Of a DNA stretch of 37,425 bases, positions 16,188 to 24,444 are shown piece after piece; position 1 is the stretch's first letter, and each line of letters opens with the position of its first letter. Below the pieces are notes generated by a model. That model saw only the letters and a program-made list of their open reading frames with translations. It ran no database searches and was not told the origin of the DNA. The position numbers were made by a program, and so were the translations under genes. The stretch is taken from the IMG/VR virus record IMGVR_UViG_2565956616_000008. The stretch is one strand, 5' to 3'. Source of the stretch: a virus (taxonomy: Duplodnaviria; Heunggongvirae; Uroviricota; Caudoviricetes).

Positions 16188-17024
16188 ATGGCTAATGAAA
16201 AAAAGACATCCCGCAAAAAGTTTCGCGTGGCTGTCTCCGGATCAACTGTTGATGGCCGCGAAATCAGCCCGGTACATCTGCGTGAAGCCGCCGAGAACTT
16301 CAACCCGGATGTTTACGCTGCCCGCGTGAACGTTGAGCACTATCTCTCGCCATGCCCGTCAAGCGAATTTTCCGCAATGGGCGATGTCACCGCACTGAGT
16401 ACGGAAGACATTACGGAAGGTCCGCTGGCCGGACGTACTGCGCTGTATGCAGAAATCGAACCGACCGAGCGCATGAAGCAGCTTGTCGCGGACGGCAAGA
16501 AAATCTATTCCAGTATCGAACTGCACCCGCAGTTCTCCGTTAACGGGCGCGCCTATCTGGTCGGGCTGGCGATGACCGACACCCCGGCAAGCCTGGGCAC
16601 TGAGCGCCTGAAATTCACGGCACAGCAACGTCAGGCGGTGATGACGTTCAACAGTGTTCAGGGTGAAGCACCGCTCATTTCCGAAGCCATCGAGTCTGAA
16701 ATCATCGAAATGGCAGAACAACGCCAGGAAGAAGGCACCCAGTGGTTTAACCGCGTAATGGGGATTATTGGTCGTGGCCGCAAAGCGGATGACGCCAGTT
16801 TCTCCCGTATTCAGGAAGCGGTGGAAGGCGTCGCAACGTCACAGGCCGACATTATCGACCGTTTTAATGTGCTGGAAACCCGCCATCAGCAGGACCGCCA
16901 GAAAATCACGTCACTGACCACAGAGCTGACAGCACTGAAGGAAAAACTGCGCACGCAGGACGGCGATCCGCAGAACCGCTTCACCGCAACGGGCGCAGCC
17001 TCCGACCAGCTGGCTGACTTCTGA
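16188..17024 (+). CDS. O: Capsid scaffolding protein
   Basis: FRVAVSGSTVDGREIS near the N-terminus resembles P2 gpO as recalled; ATG at 16188 preceded by GAGGGG (track ORF begins at 16155). Confidence 0.85.
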   Translation: MANEKKTSRKKFRVAVSGSTVDGREISPVHLREAAENFNPDVYAARVNVEHYLSPCPSSEFSAMGDVTALSTEDITEGPLAGRTALYAEIEPTERMKQLVADGKKIYSSIELHPQFSVNGRAYLVGLAMTDTPASLGTERLKFTAQQRQAVMTFNSVQGEAPLISEAIESEIIEMAEQRQEEGTQWFNRVMGIIGRGRKADDASFSRIQEAVEGVATSQADIIDRFNVLETRHQQDRQKITSLTTELTALKEKLRTQDGDPQNRFTATGAASDQLADF

Positions 17025-17046
17025 TAAGACAAAGGAGCAAATTTTT

Positions 17047-18099
17047 ATGAATCTGGTGATGTCAGATATTACCCGCAACAAGCTGGGTTGCTATATGGCG
17101 CAGCAGGCGTCGCTTAACAATATCCCGGTATCTGCACTGGTATCGCGATTTACCGTGGAACCCTCGGTGCAGCAGCGTTTTGAAAACGCAGTAAAGGAGA
17201 GCACTGAATTTACAAAAAAAATTAACGTGTTCGGTGTGACTGACCAGAAAGGCGAAAAAATCCTCCTGGACACCACCGGGCCGATTGCGCGCACGAATAC
17301 CAGTTATGACGGCACAAAACGCCGTAACCCGAATAACGTGGTTGATCTGAAAAACCGCAAATACCAGTGCGAACAGGTGAACTACGACACGTTTATTTCG
17401 TATCCGCAGCTTGATGCCTGGGCGGCACACCCTGATTTTCAGTCCCGCGTCAGCACACAGATTGCCCGGCAGGTGGCGCTTGACCGCATCATGATCGGTT
17501 TCAACGGCACGTCTCACGCAGATGAGTCCAACTTCAGCACTAACAAGCTGCTTCAGGACGTTAACGTGGGATGGCTGGAGCACATCAGAACCGACGCCAG
17601 CGAGCGCGTTATGAATGATGTAACGCTGACCTCCCGCAACATGGACAACACCGTGGCGCACGCGGGTAAATATGCGAACGCTGATGCACTGGTACAGGAC
17701 GCGCGCTCATCCCTGCTGGATGAATGGCACAAGGAAGCTGACGACCTCGTGGTGATTATGGGGCGCAACCTGTTTAACTCGCTGCGTCTGCCCGTGCTGA
17801 ACAGCATCAGCGGCCAGAATCCCAATGCGGAATTACTTGCCGGACAGCTCATCCTGTCATCGCGCGCCATTGGCGGGCTGGATGTATTCCTTGCGCCGTT
17901 CTTCCCGGATGCAACGATGCTGATCACCTCGTTCAACAACCTGTCAATTTACTGGCAGAAAGGAACAATGCGTCGCCTGATGAAAGACGAGCCGGAATAC
18001 AACCGCATCGCCACCTACCAGTCCATCAATGACGCTTATGTCGTTGAAGACTATGGCAAGTGCGCGATGGTCACTGGCCTGAAGTTCGCCGACAGCTAA
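17047..18099 (+). CDS. N: Major capsid protein
   Basis: 350 aa; FTVEPSV, GFNG, YVVEDY segments as in P2 gpN as recalled; AAGGAG upstream. Confidence 0.9.
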   Translation: MNLVMSDITRNKLGCYMAQQASLNNIPVSALVSRFTVEPSVQQRFENAVKESTEFTKKINVFGVTDQKGEKILLDTTGPIARTNTSYDGTKRRNPNNVVDLKNRKYQCEQVNYDTFISYPQLDAWAAHPDFQSRVSTQIARQVALDRIMIGFNGTSHADESNFSTNKLLQDVNVGWLEHIRTDASERVMNDVTLTSRNMDNTVAHAGKYANADALVQDARSSLLDEWHKEADDLVVIMGRNLFNSLRLPVLNSISGQNPNAELLAGQLILSSRAIGGLDVFLAPFFPDATMLITSFNNLSIYWQKGTMRRLMKDEPEYNRIATYQSINDAYVVEDYGKCAMVTGLKFADS

Positions 18100-18144
18100 T
18101 CACCTCACGGCGGGCATCATGCCCGCCTGTAACGGAGAGAAAAA

Positions 18145-18945
18145 ATGATTACTCCTGCACAGCAACACTGGCAGAACGTGATGGCACAGCGCGCAGGCCG
18201 GGCGAATGAAGGCGTGGACCACGCCGCGCGTACCGCGCATGAAGAGGTGCTGTATCGTCTGCGTCTGGCACAGGCCCGGCTTAAGGGCGTACAGGCCAGA
18301 AGCGCGAAAGCCGCCATCAAAAAAGAGTTATTGCCGGACTTTTCCGGCTGGATTGAGGGAACGCTGGAGGCTGACGGCGGGCAGCAGGATGAAGTGATTG
18401 CCACGCTGATGGTCTGGGCGATTGACTGCGGCGATCTTCCGCTGGCGCTGCGTATTGGTGCATATGTGGTCCGTCACAACCTCATCATGCCGGATAACTT
18501 TGGACGTACTGCTGCCACGGTACTGACCGAAGAAATCTGTAATCCGGTACTGACGCAGGCCGGGACGGATGCCGACGCGGATTTGTCCGCCTTTATCGAA
18601 CCACTGGACACCCTCCGGGAGATTGTCACCGACCAGGACATGCCGGACGAAGTGCGCGCCAAATTATGCAAAGCGTGCGCCTTTGCCCGCCGTGGCCTGA
18701 GTGATGCGGACAGCATGGCCCTGTCACTGAAGCTGCTGCGCGAAGCAATGCACCTGAACCCGAACGCAGGTGTGAAACGCGAGATTGCAACCCTTTCCCG
18801 CGCCCTGAAAAAAGCCGATTCCGCAGCCGCACCAGAAGACGCCAGCGCACAGCAGACGCAGGACGAAAGCAGCAAAAGTAAAAAGACAACGCGGAAGCCT
18901 GCAACACGAAAAACCACCGCGACGCAGAAGGCGAAGCGCGGTTAA
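18145..18945 (+). CDS. M: Terminase small (endonuclease) subunit
   Basis: 266 aa; MPDEVRAKL segment as in P2 gpM as recalled; basic C-terminal tail. Confidence 0.85.
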   Translation: MITPAQQHWQNVMAQRAGRANEGVDHAARTAHEEVLYRLRLAQARLKGVQARSAKAAIKKELLPDFSGWIEGTLEADGGQQDEVIATLMVWAIDCGDLPLALRIGAYVVRHNLIMPDNFGRTAATVLTEEICNPVLTQAGTDADADLSAFIEPLDTLREIVTDQDMPDEVRAKLCKACAFARRGLSDADSMALSLKLLREAMHLNPNAGVKREIATLSRALKKADSAAAPEDASAQQTQDESSKSKKTTRKPATRKTTATQKAKRG

Positions 18946-19047
18946 CGACTGACCCCGTCAGCGGGCGGCGTGCGCGGTGTTCCGGTTTGACTCCGTGACC
19001 GTTTACACCGCGCACCCACCGCCCGATTTTTTTCAGGAGTGAACCCC

Positions 19048-19542
19048 ATGAGTATGGTTGCCAGAACTGAACCCGGACCCGCAGAGGACGACATCACCGA
19101 TACCGATGATGGCGATACCCGCATTTCAGCGGGTGCATTCTGGCCGGATATTGTGCTGCGCGAGCTGCGTCTGGCGGTACGACTGCCGGGCCGCGTGACC
19201 ACCTCCCGCCTGCTGCATACTGCCACCGGGGCTGTGGCACACGTTACCCGCGAGCTGGAAGCATGGCAGCAGGAACAGCAGGCAGCTGGCCATCAGACGC
19301 TGGCCGATGTTCCGGCACCCGTAATTAACGGAGAAAGCGTCAATCTCTGGCACTGGCGCAATGCTGTTTATACCGCCACGCGCGCCCTGATTCTGGAGCG
19401 TTACCGCGATGCGGACACAACGGACAAGGGCGACCGCCGGGCGGACGCACTGGATATACAGACATCGGATTTGTGGCGCGATGTGAGCTGGGCCATCTCT
19501 GACATTCTGTGCCGCCCGCGAATCTTTGCGGAATTGTGCTGA
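19048..19542 (+). CDS. L: Head completion/stabilisation protein
   Basis: Position and similarity to P2 gpL; ATG at 19048 preceded by AGGAG (track ORF starts at a GTG at 19039 inside that site). Confidence 0.85.
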   Translation: MSMVARTEPGPAEDDITDTDDGDTRISAGAFWPDIVLRELRLAVRLPGRVTTSRLLHTATGAVAHVTRELEAWQQEQQAAGHQTLADVPAPVINGESVNLWHWRNAVYTATRALILERYRDADTTDKGDRRADALDIQTSDLWRDVSWAISDILCRPRIFAELC

Positions 19543-19742
19543 TGAAAGTGAAGGCACTGGAAGGCGACACCGTGGATTCGCTCTGTTTCCGGTACTACGG
19601 CACGACGCAGGGCGTCACCGAAAAGGTGCTGGATGCCAACCCCGGACTCTGTCAGCAGGTATTTCTGGACGCCGGGCAGGAAGTGGAGATGCCGGAGCCG
19701 GAGAAGAAGAAACGAGAAATGATTCAGTTGTGGGGGGAGTAG
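19542..19742 (+). CDS. X: Tail protein X
   Basis: 66 aa, MKVKALEGDTVDSLCFRYYG...ANPGL resembles P2 gpX as recalled; start overlaps the L stop. Confidence 0.8.
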   Translation: MKVKALEGDTVDSLCFRYYGTTQGVTEKVLDANPGLCQQVFLDAGQEVEMPEPEKKKREMIQLWGE

Positions 19743-19744
19743 CA

Positions 19745-20068
19745 GTGAGCACCATTCAAACAGGGATCACAGAGCAGGTTATTGCGTGGCTCTTTGACCA
19801 CCTGCCAACGGTGTATGCAGTAGGCGCGGCGGTCAGCATTTCCGCGCTGATGAGTCTTTATGACGGACGAACACTGGTTCAGACCGTAACGGGATCGCTG
19901 GCGTGCGGCGTTCTTGCCATGGCCGTGGCCGGGTCGTTGCGCTTCTTCGGGTTTCCTGAAGATGCCGTGACGTTTATCGGCGCATCAATCGGTTTTATGG
20001 GGGCAGAGAAAGCACGCGACAAGGTTATTGCGGCCTTTAATCGCAGGGTGAAGGAGAAGGACGAATGA
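19745..20068 (+). CDS. Putative holin (membrane protein)
   Basis: 107 aa from GTG 19745 after GGGGGGAG; hydrophobic helices; placed immediately before the endolysin; start uncertain. Confidence 0.55.
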   Translation: MSTIQTGITEQVIAWLFDHLPTVYAVGAAVSISALMSLYDGRTLVQTVTGSLACGVLAMAVAGSLRFFGFPEDAVTFIGASIGFMGAEKARDKVIAAFNRRVKEKDE

Positions 20069-20457
20069 GCAACACATTTAAATTCAGCAGCCGGAGCGAA
20101 AAGAATTTGCAGGGCGTAAATCCTGATCTGGTGAAAGTGACCCGACGGGCACTGGAAATCTCGGAAGTGGATTTTGGTATCACCGAAGGGTTGCGCAGCC
20201 GTTACCGCCAGAAGCAACTGGTGGCCACGGGTAAGAGCCAGACCATGAACAGCCGCCACCTTACGGGACATGCCGTGGATGTTGTGGCTTATATCGGCAG
20301 CCAGGTGTCATGGGAATGGCCGCTGTACGAAAAAATCGCAGCAGCATTCAGACAGGCCAGCCGGGAACTGAATATTCCGGTGGAATGGGGAGGCGACTGG
20401 AAGACTCTGAAAGACGGACCGCATTTTCAGTTACCACACGGAGCCTATCCGGCATGA
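20065..20457 (+). CDS. Endolysin, peptidase M15-like (zinc D,D- or L,D-peptidase fold)
   Basis: 130 aa; SRHLTGHAVDV and a later His (HFQL) fit the M15 zinc-peptidase motif; AAGGAG upstream; lysis-cassette position. Confidence 0.75.
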   Translation: MSNTFKFSSRSEKNLQGVNPDLVKVTRRALEISEVDFGITEGLRSRYRQKQLVATGKSQTMNSRHLTGHAVDVVAYIGSQVSWEWPLYEKIAAAFRQASRELNIPVEWGGDWKTLKDGPHFQLPHGAYPA

Positions 20458-20861
20458 AGCTCTGGCCCACGCTTGGCGTCGCTTTCCTTCTGATTGCCGG
20501 ATGGGGAACATCCATGCGTCTGTCGTGGTCGCTGGGCCGGGAGAACGCCAGAAACGAAGCGCAGGCCAGCACCCTGAAAAGTACCGCCGACACCCTGAAT
20601 ATCATCAGCGCCGGGGTACAGGATATGCAGCAGGTGCTGGCGCAACTCCGCGTGGAAAATCAGCAACGCAATCAGGACGGAGAGGTAAGACGTGAACAGC
20701 TACGCAACGATATTGCAAAAGATGAATGCGCCCACGCTTTGCCTGACGCTCGTTTTACTGACAGGCTGCGCAGGCACGCAGAACGCGCCACTGCCAGCGC
20801 CGTCAGTCCGGCTTATACCGCAGACGCTGACCATACCGGTAACGCCTCCCCCCTTCCCTGA
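20454..20861 (+). CDS. Rz-like i-spanin (LysB-like)
   Basis: ATG at 20454 overlaps the endolysin stop; N-terminal TM anchor (LGVAFLLIAGW) and a coiled-coil periplasmic part. Confidence 0.6.
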   Translation: MKLWPTLGVAFLLIAGWGTSMRLSWSLGRENARNEAQASTLKSTADTLNIISAGVQDMQQVLAQLRVENQQRNQDGEVRREQLRNDIAKDECAHALPDARFTDRLRRHAERATASAVSPAYTADADHTGNASPLP

Positions 20862-21012
20862 TACTCCCACATGGGGAAATCTCGGTATATGGGGCGACCG
20901 CCTTCTGGATGCACTGGAAACCTGTAACGCGGATAAACGGGCCATTGAATTACTGGAACAGCGCAGGCTGCAACGACTGAACAACGAGGATAACAACCAT
21001 GCTGAAAACTGA
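20722..21012 (+). CDS. Rz1-like o-spanin lipoprotein (LysC-like), overlapping the i-spanin gene in another frame
   Basis: MNAPTLCLTLVLLTGC lipobox signal; proline-rich mature part; overlapping arrangement typical of spanin pairs. Confidence 0.6.
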   Translation: MNAPTLCLTLVLLTGCAGTQNAPLPAPSVRLIPQTLTIPVTPPPFPDTPTWGNLGIWGDRLLDALETCNADKRAIELLEQRRLQRLNNEDNNHAEN

Positions 21013-21466
21013 TTCCCTGCGTGAAGCCATGACCCGTTCATGCCGATGGTGTCAGGCCAACCCGGAAAAATTCACCATTTTCGTGGAGAGCGGCAACATT
21101 GAAACGACCGGAGAAACGCCCTCGTTTGTTTACCGCTATCAGATGGTGATGTTTGTCATGGATTACGCCGGGGAGCTGGACGACCTCACGCTGCCGCTAC
21201 TGGCGTGGTTATCCGAAAATCAGCCACAGTTGTTGCTCAATCCGGAGCGTAATCAGGACATCAAATTCTCCGCCGTTATCAATGACGATGACAGCGCCGA
21301 TCTCCTGTTTACGCTCCCCCTGCGGGAACGCGTTCGCATCACGCGCAGCAGTCAGGGCACACCGCAGGCAGAACACCTGCCTGAGCCAAAACCCCGCCTG
21401 CCATCTTCCGAAGGCGACTGGTCGCATGTATTCCAGGATGTGACGTGGGGTGAAAGCGATGGATAA
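20999..21466 (+). CDS. R: Tail completion protein R
   Basis: 155 aa; similar to P2 gpR as recalled (LAWL.ENQP segment). Confidence 0.75.
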   Translation: MLKTDSLREAMTRSCRWCQANPEKFTIFVESGNIETTGETPSFVYRYQMVMFVMDYAGELDDLTLPLLAWLSENQPQLLLNPERNQDIKFSAVINDDDSADLLFTLPLRERVRITRSSQGTPQAEHLPEPKPRLPSSEGDWSHVFQDVTWGESDG

Positions 21467-22094
21467 GGCATTCACCCGCGTGGATGAAACCTTTGAGGCC
21501 ATCCGCGACAGCCTGAATCAGCAGGCCATCAATAACATCGCCAGAAAGCTGGCACAGGATTTACGCCGCGCCCAGCAGGCGCGTATCCGGTCACAGAAAG
21601 CGCCGGACGGGACCGCGTGGACACCACGCAGACGCCGCGTAACCCGGATACAGGAACGCATTCGCTTTATCTGGAATAACGAAGCACGCACGCTGAAAAA
21701 CTGGCATCACGACACGGGGAAATACGGGCGAACCATTACCGGGTGGGATGAGGATAAAAACAATATCCGCACGTTTTACCGGGATGACATCGACCGTTTT
21801 CTGGAAATACGCACCCGGCGCATCAACCAGGACAGCACAAAGCGCGTCCCCATGTTCGTAAAACTGCGCACCGCCCGCTACCTGAAAGCCCGTGCAGATG
21901 CTTCCGGTGTGACGGTGGGTTACAGCGGCGTGGCCGCACGTATTGCACGCGTTCATCAGTTCGGTGAGCGCGATCAGGTTGCGCCGGGCATTTTCACCGA
22001 TTACCCGGTACGTGAGCTGCTGGGTATCAGCCAGGCAGATGAGCGCCTGATTTATAACACGGTGCTGGGCCGGATTGCGGAGGCTGTACGGTGA
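21459..22094 (+). CDS. S: Tail completion protein S
   Basis: Synteny and size; start at ATG 21459 (a GTG at 21450 is also possible). Confidence 0.75.
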   Translation: MDKAFTRVDETFEAIRDSLNQQAINNIARKLAQDLRRAQQARIRSQKAPDGTAWTPRRRRVTRIQERIRFIWNNEARTLKNWHHDTGKYGRTITGWDEDKNNIRTFYRDDIDRFLEIRTRRINQDSTKRVPMFVKLRTARYLKARADASGVTVGYSGVAARIARVHQFGERDQVAPGIFTDYPVRELLGISQADERLIYNTVLGRIAEAVR

Positions 22095-22672
22095 GCGCAG
22101 AACTCATGCGACTGCTGAGCAACATCATCCGTACCGGGATCATCTCTGAAGTTGATGAGGAATCCTGGTGCGTGCGCGTTCGCAGCGGCGAACTGGAAAC
22201 AGGCTGGCTGCGCTGGAACACCACGCGCGCGGGAGCCTTCAATGTGTGGCTGCCGCCATCACCCGGCGAACAGGTGGTAATTGCCTGCATTGGCGGCAAC
22301 CCGGAAACCGCCATGATAATTGGCAGCCTGTGGAGTGATGCCATTCCGGCCCCCGGCAAAAGCCTGAAAGAAATCGTGGTCAGCGCGCCGGATGGCGCGG
22401 TGTTCCGCTACGACGCGGACGCAGGCGCACTGAGCGCCAGCGGCATGAAAACAGCCACCCTGCAGGCATCCGTCAGCGTGACACTGGATACGCCCGTCGT
22501 GGAATGCACAGACCTTCTGAGAACGGCGACGCTTGACGTCACAAAAGGGGGAAAGATGAGCGGCAATATCACGCACAGCGGCGGCAATTTCACCTCAAAC
22601 GGCATCACAGTGCATACGCATAAACACGGTGGCGTTAAAGGTGGCAGCGATTCGACAGGAGGCCCGCAGTGA
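22091..22672 (+). CDS. V: Baseplate assembly protein V (spike)
   Basis: 193 aa, GTG start overlapping the S stop; P2 gpV-like by position. Confidence 0.8.
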   Translation: MSAELMRLLSNIIRTGIISEVDEESWCVRVRSGELETGWLRWNTTRAGAFNVWLPPSPGEQVVIACIGGNPETAMIIGSLWSDAIPAPGKSLKEIVVSAPDGAVFRYDADAGALSASGMKTATLQASVSVTLDTPVVECTDLLRTATLDVTKGGKMSGNITHSGGNFTSNGITVHTHKHGGVKGGSDSTGGPQ

Positions 22673-23019
22673 CAACCCGCTACACAGGAATGAACCCGGA
22701 CGGAACGGGAAACCTGAACGATATGGAGCACCTGAAACAGTCAGTCAGGGACATCCTGACCACCCCGCTGGCAAGCCGGGTTATGCGACGGGAATATGGC
22801 AGCCTTGTGCCTGATTTGATTGACGAACCCATGAATAACACCACGCGTCTGCAATGCATGAGTGCTGCCGTGATTGCGCTGACACGATGGGAACCCCGCA
22901 TTGCCCTGGACGCTATCGACGTTGTCTGGAAGGCAGGAGGCCGCGCCGGGGTGACGCTGTCGGGCACTGTCATGCAGACCATGCAGAATGTTGAATTAAC
23001 CATCACGCTGAGGGAGTAA
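22669..23019 (+). CDS. W: Baseplate protein W
   Basis: 116 aa (P2 gpW is about this size); AGGAGG upstream; GTG start. Confidence 0.8.
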   Translation: MTTRYTGMNPDGTGNLNDMEHLKQSVRDILTTPLASRVMRREYGSLVPDLIDEPMNNTTRLQCMSAAVIALTRWEPRIALDAIDVVWKAGGRAGVTLSGTVMQTMQNVELTITLRE

Positions 23020-23022
23020 ATC

Positions 23023-23919
23023 ATGCCTGCCGTTGACCTTTCACAGTTACCGGACCCCGCCATCATCGCGGAGCCTGACTTTGAGGCAATTCTGGCTGAC
23101 ACAAAGGCCATGATGATTGCGTCCTATCCCGCCGAACAGCGTGAAGCCGTTTCCGCCGCGCTGGAGCTGGAATCGGAACCCCTTAACGTTATCGCTCAAA
23201 CCATGTCGTTTCGTGAAATGCTGTTACGCCAGCGGGTCAATGAGGGTGCACGCGCCTGCATGCTAAGCCACAGCGCCGGGACAGACCTGGACAACCTCGC
23301 GGGCAATATGAACACAAAGCGCCTGGTTATCACTCCGGCAACGGATACCACCGACGCAGTGATGGAAAGTGACACCTCGCTGAGACTACGGGCGCAACGG
23401 GCATATGACGGTCTGAGTGTTGCTGGCCCGTCAGGTGCATACGAGTATTTTGCACGCAGCGCCAGCGGTCTGGTACGCGATGCGCGGGCCATCAGCCCGT
23501 CTCCGGCCAACGTGACGGTTTCCATCCTGTCCACTGAGGGCGACGGCACAGCAACGGAGGCGTTGCTTAATACCGTTCGCGCCGTTCTGAATGCAGAGGA
23601 TACCCGCCCGGTGGCCGACCGCCTGACCGTACAGAGTGCCAGAATCGTGACATGGCGGCTGAATGCAAAACTGTACTTTTACCCCGGCCCGGAATCCGAA
23701 CCTATTCTGGCCGCGGCGGAATCGTCGTTCAGGAAGTGGCTGTCTGAGCAGGGGCTTATCGGTCAGGATGTGGCGTTGTCAGCCATTGCTGCCGCACTGC
23801 ATGTGCAAGGTGTGCAACGCGTGGAGATAATCGAACCCACACAAAATATGGCCATCAGCGACATACAGGCGGCGCGCTGTGAGTCATTCACCATCAGCGA
23901 AGGTGGGCGTAATGAGTAA
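23023..23919 (+). CDS. J: Baseplate protein J
   Basis: 298 aa; P2 gpJ-like by position and size. Confidence 0.85.
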   Translation: MPAVDLSQLPDPAIIAEPDFEAILADTKAMMIASYPAEQREAVSAALELESEPLNVIAQTMSFREMLLRQRVNEGARACMLSHSAGTDLDNLAGNMNTKRLVITPATDTTDAVMESDTSLRLRAQRAYDGLSVAGPSGAYEYFARSASGLVRDARAISPSPANVTVSILSTEGDGTATEALLNTVRAVLNAEDTRPVADRLTVQSARIVTWRLNAKLYFYPGPESEPILAAAESSFRKWLSEQGLIGQDVALSAIAAALHVQGVQRVEIIEPTQNMAISDIQAARCESFTISEGGRNE

Positions 23920-24442
23920 TTCACTGTTACCGCCATCAGCCAGCAATTTCATGCGTTGTGCCGAAGCTGTCGGAACGCGCATTACAGACATTCCGGTAGA
24001 CCTCAACACGCTGTGGTCGCCGGACACCTGCCCGGTGCATCTGCTGCCTTATCTCGCCTGGGCATTTTCCGTTGACCGCTGGGATCGCAACTGGCCGGAA
24101 GAGACAAAGCGACAGGTGATTCGTGATGCATGGCTGATACACCGACACAAAGGGACCATCAGCGCACTGCGCCGGGCCATTGAGCCGCTGGGATACCTCA
24201 TTCGTGTGTCTGAGTGGTGGGAGTTCGGCGGAGAACCGGGAACATTTACCGTTGAAGTCGGCACGCTGGACAGTGGCGTGACGGAGGAAATGTATCTGGA
24301 AATGGAGCGGTTGATTGCTGATGCCCGCCCGGTCAGCCGCCACATGACAGGGCTGAATATCATTCAGGAGATCCCGGGGGATATTTTCGCGGCGGCAGCA
24401 ACTTACGACGGTGAAGTCATTACCATTTATCCGGACGATTAA
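23912..24442 (+). CDS. I: Baseplate/tail protein I
   Basis: ATG at 23912 overlapping the J stop gives 176 aa, the size I recall for P2 gpI. Confidence 0.8.
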   Translation: MSNSLLPPSASNFMRCAEAVGTRITDIPVDLNTLWSPDTCPVHLLPYLAWAFSVDRWDRNWPEETKRQVIRDAWLIHRHKGTISALRRAIEPLGYLIRVSEWWEFGGEPGTFTVEVGTLDSGVTEEMYLEMERLIADARPVSRHMTGLNIIQEIPGDIFAAAATYDGEVITIYPDD

Positions 24443-24444
24443 GC

